Shown piece after piece: positions 51,120 to 64,000 of a DNA stretch of 64,000 nt. A program made the translations under genes and the position numbers. The stretch's first letter is position 1. The number at the start of each line of letters is the position of its first letter. The notes under the pieces were generated by a model. That model worked only from the letters and a program-made list of their open reading frames with translations. It did no database searches and had not been told where the DNA came from. The DNA is from Octopus vulgaris (lineage: Eukaryota), in assembly GCA_951406725.2 (NCBI GenBank), contig OX597825.1, forward strand, positions 24,180,001 through 24,244,000, read 5' to 3'.

Positions 51120-51530
51120 ATTTGCGGTCCTTATTCTCCTTGAAAAGTGTCACGAAGAGCAGAAAGACATGTGTCATGCTTCATTGATCTAACAAAGGTC
51201 AACCATCCTAAGTTGTGGCACTTGCTTCAGAAGTTTGACTGTCCACCAACATCTCTCTCATTTGGCATTGAAGCCTCGGAACTTTTGATGACCAGGTGGA
51301 TTAAAACAAGGATGTTTCCTTGCCTCTCTGCTGTTTAACATTTACCTGGTGGCTGTAACCCTTGTTTCCTGGAGACAGTCCATTAAAGTAGACAGAATTC
51401 GTGTCAGGTACCCATTCGATGGCAGATACTTTAGCACTTGCCTCCTGAAAGCCACATCAAAGACCCTCTCAACTGAGGTGTATGAGATTCGGTATGTTGA
51501 CAATTCAGCTTCATCTTCTCATACCTCTGC
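51120..51530 (+). mobile_element. RTE-clade reverse transcriptase fragment
   Basis: CFIDLTK..KLWHLLQKFDCPP; GLKQGCFLASLLFNIYL; RVRYPFDG...EIRYVDN (YADD remnant). Confidence 0.75.
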
Positions 51531-51539
51531 CTTTCTTCA

Positions 51540-51572
<33 letters not shown>

Positions 51573-51737
51573 TACATACAGGTGTAACAATGTGGTAAGA
51601 AGTTTGCTTCCCAACCATGCTTCCAGGTTCAGCATCATTACATGGCACCTTGGGCAAGTTTCTTCTCCTACAGTCTCAGACCAACCAAAGACTTGTGAAT
51701 GGATTTGGTAGATGGAAACTTAGAGAAGCCTGTCATA

Positions 51738-53193
51738 TCTAATATAATAAATGCGAATATCAGTGTGTCACCATGTCACACTTTTATTCCTAGATGCTGC
51801 AGTCCAACATATCATACCATTTTTGAATCAGGCCGACTCTGTGAGTAAATTAAAAATATTCTGAGCTGAATCAAGACCTACAATAATAAAATTTTGGATT
51901 CCCAAGTTTTCATTACAGCAATTGACTTCGGCGATTTTTTTTACGTGATTTTTTGTGACAAATTTTTTCGTACAATAACAATTTTTATTAGCTGGACCTG
52001 GGAAAACTTCACGGAAAACATTAAAAAATGTAAGCATCTGTAAATAGTGATTTCACTTAATAACTATCGAATAATTATGGGCATAGCGACAGATGTATAC
52101 CCTACTGACTTTGTTGCCTCGTAAATTCCATAAATAACCACTTAGATTCTGTTGATTGAGTGTATGTTAAGATTTGTTTGAAAAATCTTTTCTGATGAGC
52201 TAGGAAGAGGAGTTTCGGAAAATTCACACGACCTGACATTTTCCGCCTCATAACTTTCAGGAAAATTGGTACTTTTTAATGAAATTTTATACAAATACCT
52301 TTCAAATGGCATAGAATAACTGTCACAATGGCTATATCATAAATCATCCAAAACGATAAGTTTTCCAGCATTTTCTCTCAGAGAATAGCTTCATTCTCTT
52401 TTACTATCATTCTCTATCCACTCTTTTCATTCACTCCACCTTTCTAAATCTCTTTCACTCTTTCGCTTCCCTCCTCTCTCCTTGCCTCTCACTTTTCTCC
52501 TGTATTTAATACAGTATATTTCACTTACCTCTCAGTGCTATCAATGTCCTCTCTCTCTCTTACATTCTCACTTCCTCTTACTCCCTCCCAATATTTTTTT
52601 TAACTCCCTATTACTCCCTATTCTTCATCGCTTTGCCTCTTACTGCAACTATACTTCTTCTGCTTAACAAGTTTCATTTCCCCCGTGACACACACCACAG
52701 GTACATACATACGTGATTACATAGGTATTAGCATATTAATATAAAAAATTTTATAACTTGGAAGTAAATTTGAGAAATAATCAAAATAAATTGCAAAATT
52801 CACCGAAAGTCACCCATGAGATAGAAATAATTATTTGTACAAAAAAAGTAAGGATCCATGTATATCAAATTCTCTTTAAATTAAGTAGTGGCGGAAGAAT
52901 TATCGTTGAACTTTTAAAAGGCAAGCTATTTGAACTGACCCCGAATGGGAAGACCAAAAAGGTTGTTTATCATGCAGCCTTACAAACATGGTTTTGATGG
53001 AAACTGTTAATTATTTGAAAAAATATTGTTCAATTTTAATGTGGCTGTGTGGTAAGTAGCTTGCTTACCAACCACATGGTTCTGGGTTCAGTCACACAGC
53101 GTGGCACCTTGAGCAAGTGTCTTCTACTATAGTGTCGGGCCGACTAAAGCCTTGTGAGTGGATTTGGTAGACAGAAACTGAAAGAAGCCCATC

Positions 53194-53263
<70 letters not shown>

Positions 53264-53527
53264 ATATGTGTGTGTGTGTTTGTCCCCCCAACATCGCTTG
53301 ACAACCGATGCTGGTGTGTTTACATCCCCGTAACTTAGCGGTCCGGCAAAAGAGACCGATAGAATAAGTACTAGGCTTACAAAGAGTAAGTCCTGGGGTT
53401 GATTTGCTCGACTAACGGCGGTGCTCCAGCATGACCACATTCAAAATGATTAAAACATGTACAAGAGAGTACAAGAGTATGTAATTAATGTGTAAAGTGT
53501 CATTGTTGGGCCCGAGGCCCAGTCAAG
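51738..53527 (+). mobile_element. Helitron derivative with vestigial helicase C-terminus, interrupted by a SINE
   Basis: Starts A|TCTAATATAATAAATGCG inside a family A SINE; LFELTPNGKTKKVVYHAALQ near 52925-52985 resembles the RepHel end; hairpin tgggcc-cga-ggccca at 53507-53521. Confidence 0.55.
53041..53478 (+). mobile_element. SINE family A
   Basis: gtggctgtgtggtaagtagc...ggcggtgctccagcatg. Confidence 0.92.
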
Positions 53528-54574
53528 AACCCGTTGCAGGAGCTAGCTTAAAAGTCCCCTGATAGCTGGCAAAAATGAGTTGTATGTGCAATTCAATGGG
53601 AGCCAGCCTTGTCACATGCTCAATCTCCCTAAAAACTACATTAAGGGCACATGTGGCAGTGAAGTGTTCAGCCACTTGCACATGTATTTCACAAGTAGGT
53701 TGTTCCATTCATCAGATCAACTGGAACCCTCTTTGATGTAACCTCCGTAGTGCCGATATCTAATTGTAGTAAGTAGCTCTAGGGAGAGCTGAACAGCAGA
53801 AGGTTTCCATAGAAGGAAGAACTCCCATTCATGTAAATGTTCAGTCCTTAATTCCTTATACTCTAAGGGGGTTGGATTCCATTCAGTTCATGACTCTTGG
53901 ATTCCCTTCTGTTGCTCCCTTTTGTGTCATTGTCTGCAGTGCAACCCTTCTGGTTGGTTAAGGTGACCCCCAGATCCAATGTACCCTGGGAGTCGTAACC
54001 AGTTCAGTCAAATATGTCAGTTGAGTAAAGGGTAAATTATGCCTTATGGAATTCATTTCCATTCCTCAGTGACCATTCCATCTTTACATCTGTATATCAT
54101 AAAAAGCTGACTAAAAAAGACTGAGGTAGGATTTGCACTCTGACCTTGCAAAACCCTCACCAGCTACAACCATGCAATCAGACACTTGGATTGCAGGGTT
54201 CTCACCTGTGTGAGAGCAAAAGTATCATCTACTAGGGATAGGGAATTACCAGGGGCTGATGTGGTGTTACAGCACATCACCCCCACCTCATACTACTACT
54301 TCATTGACCAGATCCAGCTGGATTTCTCAGCTGGTTCTGTTTTTGCTTTAAGAGTTTGGGTTTTCTTTCTTCCTGAAATTGGAAACTGTTTTATGAGATC
54401 AAACGCAGATTTACCTATAAACCCTCATATGCGTCGAAACTGTCATATTTTCCAGTCTTATGGATACAGGCATCCTCCATTATGCTTTCATATGGCACAA
54501 GTTCTGTCAGAATTAATTGTTTTGATGAAAGTGAAGTGAGTTCAATCCCACACCACTCCATTTGATGATGCTTT

Positions 54575-55065
54575 TCTTTCTTTTATTCTTTTATTTGTTT
54601 CAGTCATTAGACTATGGCCATACTGGAGCACTGCCTTTAGTTGAACAAATCGACCCCAAGACTTATTCTTTGTAAGCCAAGTACTTATTCTATCGGTCAC
54701 TTTTGTCAAACCACTAAGTTATGGGGACGTAAACACACCAACATCAGTTGTCAAGTGATGGTAGGGCCACAAACACAGACACATAAATACATACATACAT
54801 TTATAGATATATATATATATACTTTGATACTTTGATACTTTGATAGGTTTCGGCCATTATTGGCCCAGGCCATGTCTAACTTAATAGCACCACCTGGTAT
54901 ATGACAGGCTTCTTACAGTTTCCATCTACCAAATCCTCTCTCAAGACTTTGGTTGATCCGAGGCTTTAGTAGAAGACACTTGCCCAAGGTGCCACACAGT
55001 GGGACTGAACCCAGAACCATTTACTTGGGCAGCAAGCTTTTTACCACACAACCACTCCTGCATCT
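54575..55065 (-). mobile_element. SINE family A with ~80-bp insert in its (TA)n
   Basis: Both halves present around 54820-54900. Confidence 0.85.
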
Positions 55066-55561
55066 ATACTTGGGTGATTCTTCCACACTGGAAGATCTGC
55101 TAAGCATTTTCAGTCATCCAATCCATTCAGTATACCCTGGGTGGATTCCATGATCCAGCTGTTACAGACCACATATTTTTTTACTGCCTGCTTTGTAGAT
55201 AACTAGTGGTATTTCTAATGCCATTGTCTTCTCTTGCAGTATGATCTCTTTAAGCACTTGATTGTGTTACCAAATTGTGCCACAGTGTGTTCCTCCTTTG
55301 GGTTAGTGCCAGTCTGCACAAGGGCAGAACATGTTCCACTGTTTGTTTCAATTGGCAGAACGAGCATGTAGGGAGTGTCCAATTTTTCCTCACCTCATCA
55401 GGTTTGTATTTAAGGGGCAGGAGATCATATACAGATCCAAAGACAAATCTGATTCTGAGAGGAGCTGTGTACCATATGTCATTCCAGCCAAGGCAAATTG
55501 ATTTTCTTGCAATGAGAGATTATCATAAAACCAAAATTACTGTGTATATATCATCATCATC

Positions 55562-55596
<35 letters not shown>

Positions 55597-55609
55597 TTAC
55601 TGCTTAGCC

Positions 55610-55932
55610 AAATGCTTAGTGGTATTTCGTTTGTCTTTACATTCTCAGTTCAAGTTCCACTAATGTAGACTTTTGCCTTTCATCCTTTTGGGGTCAATAA
55701 ATTAAGTACCAGTTGTGTACTGGATCCATCTAATCGACTGCGCCCCCCCCTCCCTAAATTTCGGGCCTTTTCCATTTTCTGTGCTGGCATGAGTTGGACA
55801 GTTTGACAAGGGCTAGGTAGGTAGAAGACTGCTCCAGGTTTCACTGTCTGTTTTGGCAGGCTTTTTATGGCTGGATGACCTTCCACCAACCACCTTACAG
55901 AGGGCACTGAGTGTTTTTTACATGGCACCAGC
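55610..55932. mobile_element. SINE family B (+) abutting a family C element (-)
   Basis: aaatgcttagtggtatttcg...tttcgggcctt, then gctggcatgagttggacagtttgac...ggctggatgaccttcc. Confidence 0.7.
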
Positions 55933-56169
55933 ATATATATATATACATATATATATAAACACACACATATATATATATATATACATATATATATATTTGT
56001 TATATAGTATTTAGCTTCAGATTTTGTGTCCCCCAGTAAGTTCTTGAATAAACTGCACTTTTAAACTTTTACTTGTTTCAGTCATTTTGACTGTGGCCAT
56101 GCTGGAGCACCACTTTTTAAGTGAAGAAATCGACTCCTGGACTTAGTCTTTTACTTTTTACTTCAACCC

Positions 56170-56375
56170 AGCACTCCAAGCCATAAATAGGTCCCACTAT
56201 ATATTTGAACACTGTTGGTAATGTTCCAAAGCTATATTCCAATAACCCTGTACTCCAAGATTTCCATAGATCCCACTCCATATTTGAACTCTGTTACCAA
56301 TGTCCCAAAACTATATCCCAATAACCCTCAGCTCCAAGATTTCCATCGGTCCCACCCTGTCTATATTTGAACCTA
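56170..56375. repeat. Degenerate ~80-bp tandem repeat (~2.5 copies)
   Basis: ctccaag...tcccac...atatttgaac recurs near 56174, 56253 and 56333. Confidence 0.75.
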
Positions 56376-56814
56376 CGTTAGCAACATATGACAATACGAA
56401 ACACTATCTCCTCAACTCAACATATCTCATTTGACCCTGACATTATTCTATTGATTCTTATCTTTGGCTGTGTTTCTATTTTATTCCCACCATCGTCTTT
56501 TTTTTTCTTTTTTTTTTGTTTCATTTTCCTTTGTTTCACTTTTTTCTTCTTTTTTCTTTCTATTACCATATCTGTTGCTGCCATATTGCCTCAAGCCAAG
56601 CTGGTGCCAATATTCAACCAAAGTTTTCTCATCTGCTCTGACAATCAAAAGAGAATTCTTTCAAAGTCTACAATAACACGATGCACTGTTCCTATCTTCT
56701 CACTCGGTTTTCAACACATAATATATATGTATATATTTATTTATTTATTTATATATTTGTACATTTTATTTTACACTATTTCGCTTTTTATTTCATATTC
56801 ATGGCCTGAAGCTA

Positions 56815-57094
56815 TTGTCGTCATCATCATTCTCATCTTCATCATCTTCATTGTCATCATCATCAACAATATCAATATCACCATCATCAACAATATCAAC
56901 ATCATCATCATCATCCTCATCATCGTCATATTCATCATCATCATCTTCATCATCTTCATTGTCATCATCATCGACAATATCAACATAATCATCATCATCA
57001 ACATCATCATCATCATCATCATCATATTCATCATATTCATCATCTTCGTTGTCATCATCATCGACAATATCAACATAATCATCATCATCATCAA

Positions 57095-57126
<32 letters not shown>

Positions 57127-57127
57127 A

Positions 57128-57158
<31 letters not shown>

Positions 57159-57740
57159 TTCATCATCTTCGTTGTCATCATCATCAACAATATCAACATA
57201 ATCATCATCATCATCATCATCATCATCATAATCATCATCATCATCATCATCATTGACATCAGCATCAAAGTCGTCGTCGTTATCGTCATCATCATAATTG
57301 ATGTCATCATATGAACCCTAATAATTTGCCAAGAGCCAGAACATTGATAATTATGATACTGACACAGGCCATGATGATGATGATGGTAGTGGTGGTGGTG
57401 GTGGTGGTGGTGTTGATGTTATTGATATAGCAGTGGTGGTGGTGGTGGTGGTGGTGGTGGTGGGGCAGTGGTGGTGGTTGTGGTGGTGGCGGCAGTGGTT
57501 GTGATAGTGTTGATGGCAGTGTCATTGGAGGGGTGTAGGGTGGTAGTGACAATAGCGATGGTGGTGGTGGTGTTGGGTATGATGGTGAGGATGATGATGA
57601 TAATATAGTTCCAAGGGCAAAAAATTTGTAGGTGGAAGGAAGGAGTGGCATTATTATTAGGGGATTAAAGTCAACAACATATCATCATCATCATCATCAT
57701 TATCATCACCATCATCATCATCATCATCATCATCATTATC

Positions 57741-57805
<65 letters not shown>

Positions 57806-57815
57806 TATCATGACA
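56815..57815. repeat. (CAT)n/(GTG)n low-complexity block with internal duplications
   Basis: Direct reading; gtcatcatcatcgacaatatcaacataatc recurs. Confidence 0.9.
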
Positions 57816-59098
57816 TGATATGCATATATATACTTGCTCAAGGTGCCAAGCAGTGGGACTGAACCCAAGAACTCATGGTTGCATCATGAGCTCAGCCACA
57901 TAACCATGCTTGTACCTATTTATTTATTTAATCTCTTCAAATGGTCCTGTATTTATATTTTTTTTTATTAAATTGCTGGATCTGGAGGAAGAGCAGTGCT
58001 TATGGCTGCCTTCATAGGCTTTCCGAAACTGACACTGTAAACATGTTTTGCTTAAGGTTTTGAAAACTAACATATGCAGAGAAGACATGAGCATAAAGGG
58101 AGTGCCAGAAATCTGATATTCTGGGAAGAAAGGAATAAACTGGATGTAGCCACCAATGAGATGATCTGGGTGAAGGATATCATGGAAAACAAGAAGAGAA
58201 TGAGACAAGAAGGCAAGAAGAAAAGAGCTGGTCTTGTGCCCCCTCTACTTAGGCTTTCCTGAATAGAGGGGGAACAGGAATAGCTATCACTAAATAGCTG
58301 ATTGAAAAATATTTATTAGCGACAGAGGCAATATTGATACTGAAAGGTAATGTTTTATCCCATTTAAATGTGGATGTTCTATTAGAACAAGTTATACTGC
58401 GGCAGATTCCATGAGAGAAACTCTCATATTGGCTTTTGGTACAAAATTCACTCTTGTTTGTACCACTAGTGAGGTGATAAATCCCCACCCTTTGGGGCTA
58501 TTTTGGTAGCAATAGAAAAGGCAGGGACAGGACACAGAATATTTGTGAAAGGAAAATGGAGAGGAGAATCTCATAATGGTTTCAACTGGTAGTTGACTCC
58601 ATAAATACATCCTACATAAGAAAACAACTGTTTGACATATGTGGAGGGTTGCCACCACCATTGTGTGTGTCTCCTCTAACTACTACTCTACTCTCTCAAA
58701 TGCCATGAGTTGAAACAAAATATATTATGTTGGACTGACAATTATGGATTAAATATTTTATTAATCCTCAGACTTGTCTTTGAGTACTTTATCCTAAGTG
58801 GTTAGACATGGATTCTTTTGATCTTGTCACTCCCTGGAATAAAAAAAACAACTTTTCTATATATTTTGCAGCAAACAAAAAAATGAAATGTTGATATTAA
58901 AATATGCATTTTTTTTCTTCCTCCGAAAAAAACATAAGAAAGAACATGAGAAACATAGAATCTGTTACTTTTTTTGACAAATGAAATACGTATAATACCA
59001 CTTAACAGTTATCCAATGATAAAATATACACAAATGTTTAGTCAAAACAAGAGTGCTGGGAAACGTGTCTTGCAGTGGTAACATCTATTAACAATGTA

Positions 59099-59138
<40 letters not shown>

Positions 59139-59154
59139 GTAACAACAATAATAA

Positions 59155-59300
59155 CCCTTTCTACTATTGGCACAAGGCCTAAAATTTGGGGGAGGAAGAT
59201 AGTCAATTACATCGACCCCAGTAATCAACTGGTACTTAAGTTATCGACCGCAAATGAATGAAAAGCAAAGTTGACCTTGGCGGAATTTGAACTCAGAAAG
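59155..59300 (-). mobile_element. SINE family B, partial
   Basis: ggcacaaggcc...caaagttgaccttggcggaatttgaactcag. Confidence 0.8.
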
Positions 59301-59357
59301 AAAAGATCAATGATGATGATGATGATGATGATAATAATAATGATAATAATAATAATG

Positions 59358-59434
<77 letters not shown>

Positions 59435-59799
59435 AATGATGATAATAAGTATTGCTGACTTGTGGAGTTATGTCGAGTAGCTGTTATCTTGTAAGTTTTA
59501 AGCTGAAATCCAACCAGCTTCATCTTTGTCTTTCAGCTTTCTGAGGTCATTAAATATAATAACAATGCAGGAAAGTGGATTAATGGAAGTAAAAGAGTGG
59601 CTAGCAAGAGACCCTGTGGTATATGTTCTAACTCTTTACATCATGTGTTCTTCAATGGTCTTAGCAGAGTTCCCTCTTCTTGCAAGGTTTTTGATCAGAT
59701 CCTTGATATGAGTATTCAGTCCTACTTCCTTTCTACCAGTCTTATGAGTCCTGAGAAATAAAGAGCCATGAGTGCCGTTCTGCTCTTAGTTATAAATGT

Positions 59800-60600
59800 A
59801 AAAAGGGATTTGATAGTGCAACATATAAAGAACATATTTGATAAGGGTAGTCTTTCCCGAAATATAATAGAAACATTAAACAATCCATGTAAGGTAATCC
59901 AATAATCTCTTTGCTTTTGTTCATTGGCATCATATTATGTATTTTCCATAACTTCTTACCTGCATTGCTTCGAGGGTTTTAGAAGAATTTATATCATATA
60001 CTCATTACCATACATCAAGCAATTTACAATGCTCTCTTATTGAATAAAATATTGCAGAATTATATAGAAAGTGATATCTGAATACAGAGTATGGTTATAT
60101 CTATTGTACAATGAACCAATATTCCCAAATCAGAAATTAACAGATAACGGCATTCATTAAAAAACCACATCTGGTTACATCAGAATTAGAATACCCTGGG
60201 GCATACCCTTTGCCTTTGGCAACCACAAGAAATTGAAACAAATCACTTTAATATCATACTAAAGACTAATAATATAAAATCCTTTTATGTCCAGACACTT
60301 AATTCCTTTCAAGCAAACACTGTATATAACACTGTAAAAAGCAAAAAAAATTATTGACATTCAAGGACATCGATTATGGTGCAAGATGTTAAGAATAAAT
60401 ACAAGGAATTATTATCTTTGGATTTTATATGTTGGAGAATCTAACACAAGAATTTAGTTGCTACACTGTTGATTGATTTACTATCGCTATTTCCATAATA
60501 TTCCACAGTTGCCATAGAACAGACTTTCAGTTCACTTTGAAAGGTAATGAAGTACTTTATTAACTGCCTCTTCTAAAATTGTTTTGCTATAATCTATGGC
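59800..60600 (-). mobile_element. Very decayed LINE reverse transcriptase remnant
   Basis: rc near 60190-60230 gives KGMPQG (cf. GVPQG); other motifs are barely visible. Confidence 0.3.
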
Positions 60601-60696
60601 GCCCCCAGTAACCTTCTCAGAATTTATTGTTATAAAAATGTATCATCTATTCTCTAGCATGAGATATGCTCGCTTCCATCATATCCATCATAATAT

Positions 60697-60727
<31 letters not shown>

Positions 60728-60754
60728 TGTATGTATGTGTGTGTGTGTGTGTGT

Positions 60755-60802
<48 letters not shown>

Positions 60803-60817
60803 GTATATATACATATA

Positions 60818-60952
60818 GGGAGAGTTCACGAAAAAAACAAAAGACGAAGACAGGTGGTGTACAAAACAAACAGATGTTTAGTATTACGCTCAGGAATAGA
60901 AAAAGTCTTTTACATTTCGAGCCTGCGCTCTTCTACAGAAAGGGACACAGAA
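60818..60952 (-). mobile_element. Penelope-like terminal fragment in (TA)n with variant hammerhead motif
   Basis: rc 60907-60942: CTTT CTGTAGA A GAGC gcag GCTC GAAA TGTA AAAG. Confidence 0.5.
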
Positions 60953-61011
60953 TTACCCCTGCCCGCCCCCACACACACACATACATATATTATATATATA
61001 TGCACATATAC

Positions 61012-61065
<54 letters not shown>

Positions 61066-61082
61066 ATATATCATATACACAC

Positions 61083-61119
<37 letters not shown>

Positions 61120-62031
61120 TATATATAATGTATTTATGTGTGGGGGGGGGGGTAATTCATTTCTAGAGTTTGTCCCTGCTGTCTAATTGTGGTATATTCC
61201 AGTCTAAAATTATGAAGCTCTGTATGGAGTCCAGAACTGTAAGGCTGTCAATTTGTAAATAACTGTAATAATGTTCTTACCGTTTAGGGAATATTGCTTA
61301 AGTTTTCTGGGATTTATTTTTCAATTTATTTATAATTACTACCCTTGATACACATTATTATAGGCAAAAATCATCAGAGCATTAAATAAAATGCTTTCTG
61401 TGATAGAATAGAAGGCCTTTCATTGTAGCTCTTTATGATACGTTTTCAACTGTTATGCGTTTAATACCCATAACAATGGATATCAAAAACATAATTGAAA
61501 TGTTTAACATAAAATACAAATTCAATTATTTCACTTTAAACTCATTTACTGTGGAATGTAACCGAAGACATAACCAGAATAATAAATGAAACAATGTTAT
61601 GAAGATGTATGGATCCTGACATCAAAATATGAATAAAAGCTTTCATAGAAGTGTGAATTGGCCGAATCATTAGAACACTAAATAAATTGCCTTGCAGTAT
61701 TTAATTATGGTACTTGAGTATTTGAGTTCAAATCTCATTGGGGCCAACTTCGTTTTTTGTCCTTTTACAACTGAGAATATAATACATAAGCCGATCAGGT
61801 CCTGGGGTGGATATAACTGACTGCTTCCACTCTTCTTTAACTTTTTGTTGCCATATGCCTATGTAAAAAATTATTTAGTTTAGGGCAGGACATTGGCAAA
61901 ATTGTCAGAGCATTGGGTAAAATGCCTTTCAATACTTCTGGTTCATTACATTCTGGGTTCAAATCCCACTGAACTCAACTTTGCCTTTCATTTTACATGG
62001 TAGATTAAATAAAGTACCAACAAAATATATA

Positions 62032-62463
62032 GGCACAGGAGTGGCTGTGTGGTCAGTAGCTTGCTTACCAACCACATGGTTCCGGGTTCAGTTCCACTGC
62101 ATAGCACCTTGGGCAAGTGTCTTCAACTATAGCCTCAGGCCGACCAAAGACTTGTGAGTGGATTTGGTAGATGGAAACTGAAAGAAGCCCATCGTATATA
62201 TATGTGTGTGTATGTGTGTGTGTGTGTTGTATGTGTGTGTGTTTGTGTGTCTGTGTTTGCCTCCCCCCACCATCGCTTGACAACTGATGTTGGTGTATTC
62301 ACGTCCCCGTAACTTAGCAGTTCAGCAAAAAGAGACTGATACAATAAGTACCAGGCTTACAAAGAATAAGTCCAGGGGTCGATTTGTTCGACTAAAGGCA
62401 GTGCTCCAGCATAGCCACAGTCAAATGACTGACACAAATAAAAGACATAAAAGAATAAAAGAA
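62032..62463 (+). mobile_element. SINE family A, full length
   Basis: ggcacaggagtggctgtgtgg...ggttccgggttcagttcc...aaaagaataaaagaa. Confidence 0.92.
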
Positions 62464-62591
62464 AGGTCATTGATATCAAATTAAAAATTGCTGACCCTGA
62501 CCTACAAATTGCTGACCTTGAGCCTAAATCAGAAACAATTATTATTAATGTGCTTTTTCCATGAGTGACTTTTTCCACGAATGGAGGCACT

Positions 62592-62890
62592 ATCCTGGTG
62601 GTTAGAGCAGCAGAATCATGGATGGATCATGGGTTCAAATCACAGACCAGGCGATGTGTGTGTTTATGAGTGAAACACCTAAGCTCCGTGCAGCTCTGGC
62701 AGAAGGTAAGAGCGAACTTCTGCTGACTCTTTCGCTGCAACCTTCTCTCACTTTTTCCTCCTGCATCTAGCAGCTCACCTGTAATGGTCCAGCATCCCAT
62801 CTGTGTGAGGAACCTATACACCACTGAAACTGGAAATCCGGCCCTTATGAGCCAGGCATGGCTCGGGAAGGAACAAGCAACAACAACAAC
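62592..62890 (+). mobile_element. tRNA-derived SINE, family D
   Basis: tggtggttagagcag...gggttcaaatc head; central gaaacacctaagctcc shared with the 63724 copy; (AAC)n tail. Confidence 0.7.
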
Positions 62891-63480
62891 ACACAAGTGA
62901 CTTGTGTTTAGTGATTAGTGTTTGGCTCATGATCATAAGATTGTGGTCTCAATTCCTGGACCAGGCGATGTGTTATATTCTTTAGCAAATGTTTCACTTT
63001 GCACAGCTCCAGTCTCCTCTGCTGGCAAAAATGAGTAATCCTGCGATGGACTGGCATCCTATCCCGTGGAAGAATATATACACCATAGAACCCAAAAAAC
63101 GTTCGATCCTTGATCCTTTTTTTTTTTTTCATGAGATATACAGAGCAGCCCAAAAGACACAGGTGCAAGCACCATCAAGCCTAATGTTTGGTGAGTGCCC
63201 CATCAGTGGACCCATACAACAGCACTGATTCTTCTGTAATATTACATCTGTATATATGCTCCCTTTTGACATGGCACTATACAATAATAAAACAATATGA
63301 TTAAATTAATTGTCTCTTTAAAGTCTCCAAATATTGTTCTGTTAATAGTTTTAGGTCAGAAGAATTTCAGTTTTGCACAATTATTGAAATCCATGGGGTG
63401 TAAGTTTTGAGTCCTGCACTTTGAAACCTTTTTTTGTTTTTTTTAATCACAGCACCAGCACTGGAGAGGTTAACTTGTAT

Positions 63481-63720
63481 ACTCTTTTACTCTTTTACTC
63501 TATTACTTGTTTCAGTAATTTGGCTGCGGCCATGCTGGAGCACCACCTTCAGTCGAGCAAATCAACCCTAGGACTTATTCTTTGTAAGCCTAGTGCTTAT
63601 TCTATCAGTCTCTTTTTCCTAAACCACTAAGTTATGGGAATGTAAACACACCAGCATCAGTTGTCAAGTGATGTTGGTGGGGGGGGGCGCAAACACAGAC
63701 ACACATACACACACACACAC
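63481..63720 (-). mobile_element. SINE family A, 3' half
   Basis: actcttttac tail, gccatgctggagcaccacc, aaacacaccagcatc. Confidence 0.85.
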
Positions 63721-63723
63721 ACA

Positions 63724-64000
63724 ATGGCCCAGTGGTTAGGGCAGCGGATTCACAGTTGTAGGATCGTGGTTTCGATTCCCAGACCGAGCGTTGTGAGTGT
63801 TCATTGAGCGAAAACACCTAAAGCTCCACGAGGTTCTGGTAGGGGGTGGTGGTGGTCCCAGCTGTACTCTTTCGTCACAACTTTCTCTCACTCTTTCTTC
63901 TGTTGGCCTGCTTGCTTAGCCTGCAGGGTAGCGTCATTTGAAGGCTAAAACAATGTGAAGCGCATTGCGACCAGTGGTGTGTAGCAGCATCTGATAGCCT
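63724..64000 (+). mobile_element. tRNA-derived SINE, family D variant
   Basis: tggcccagtggttagggc (A box), ggtttcgattccc (B box); central domain as in 62650-62760 but a different 3' part. Confidence 0.75.

Noticed and set aside
56388-57314. 308-aa Ile/Phe-rich ORF resembling a membrane protein, and the antisense poly-Met ORF
   Set aside because: Produced by (ATC)n and T-rich tracts; no domain signature.
58000-58670. Purine-rich unique region as a host exon (also 39540-39960)
   Set aside because: Stops in all frames; more likely a decayed LINE ORF1, which I cannot assign with support.

Overview
AT-rich, microsatellite-dense eukaryotic DNA. It is most likely intronic or intergenic sequence from an octopus (coleoid cephalopod), inferred from the SINE families and the (TA)n/(ATGT)n/(AAT)n/(CAT)n load. 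I can recognise no intact host protein-coding gene, and nearly all ORFs in the track are translated simple repeats. The window is a graveyard of mobile elements: several tRNA-derived SINE families, R4/Dong, Tx1/L1-like, RTE and CR1-like LINE fragments, a truncated Tc1 transposon, Helitron/Helentron derivatives and MITE-like elements. The most notable structure is a set of Penelope-type minimal type I hammerhead ribozyme motifs. One is a near-perfect 315-bp palindrome with a hammerhead on each strand (49689-50003). Another is a head-to-head pair of tRNA-headed SINE-like elements whose 3' tails carry a hammerhead (15520-16860). Other points of interest are a SINE whose tail matches the local Tx1-like LINE 3' end and is stacked at a fixed site in its own head, (TAA)n-targeted insertions, several local duplications, and possible promoter/first-exon signals near 14 kb and 33-34 kb. 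Family assignments come from motif recognition by eye, not database searches, and most repeat boundaries are approximate.
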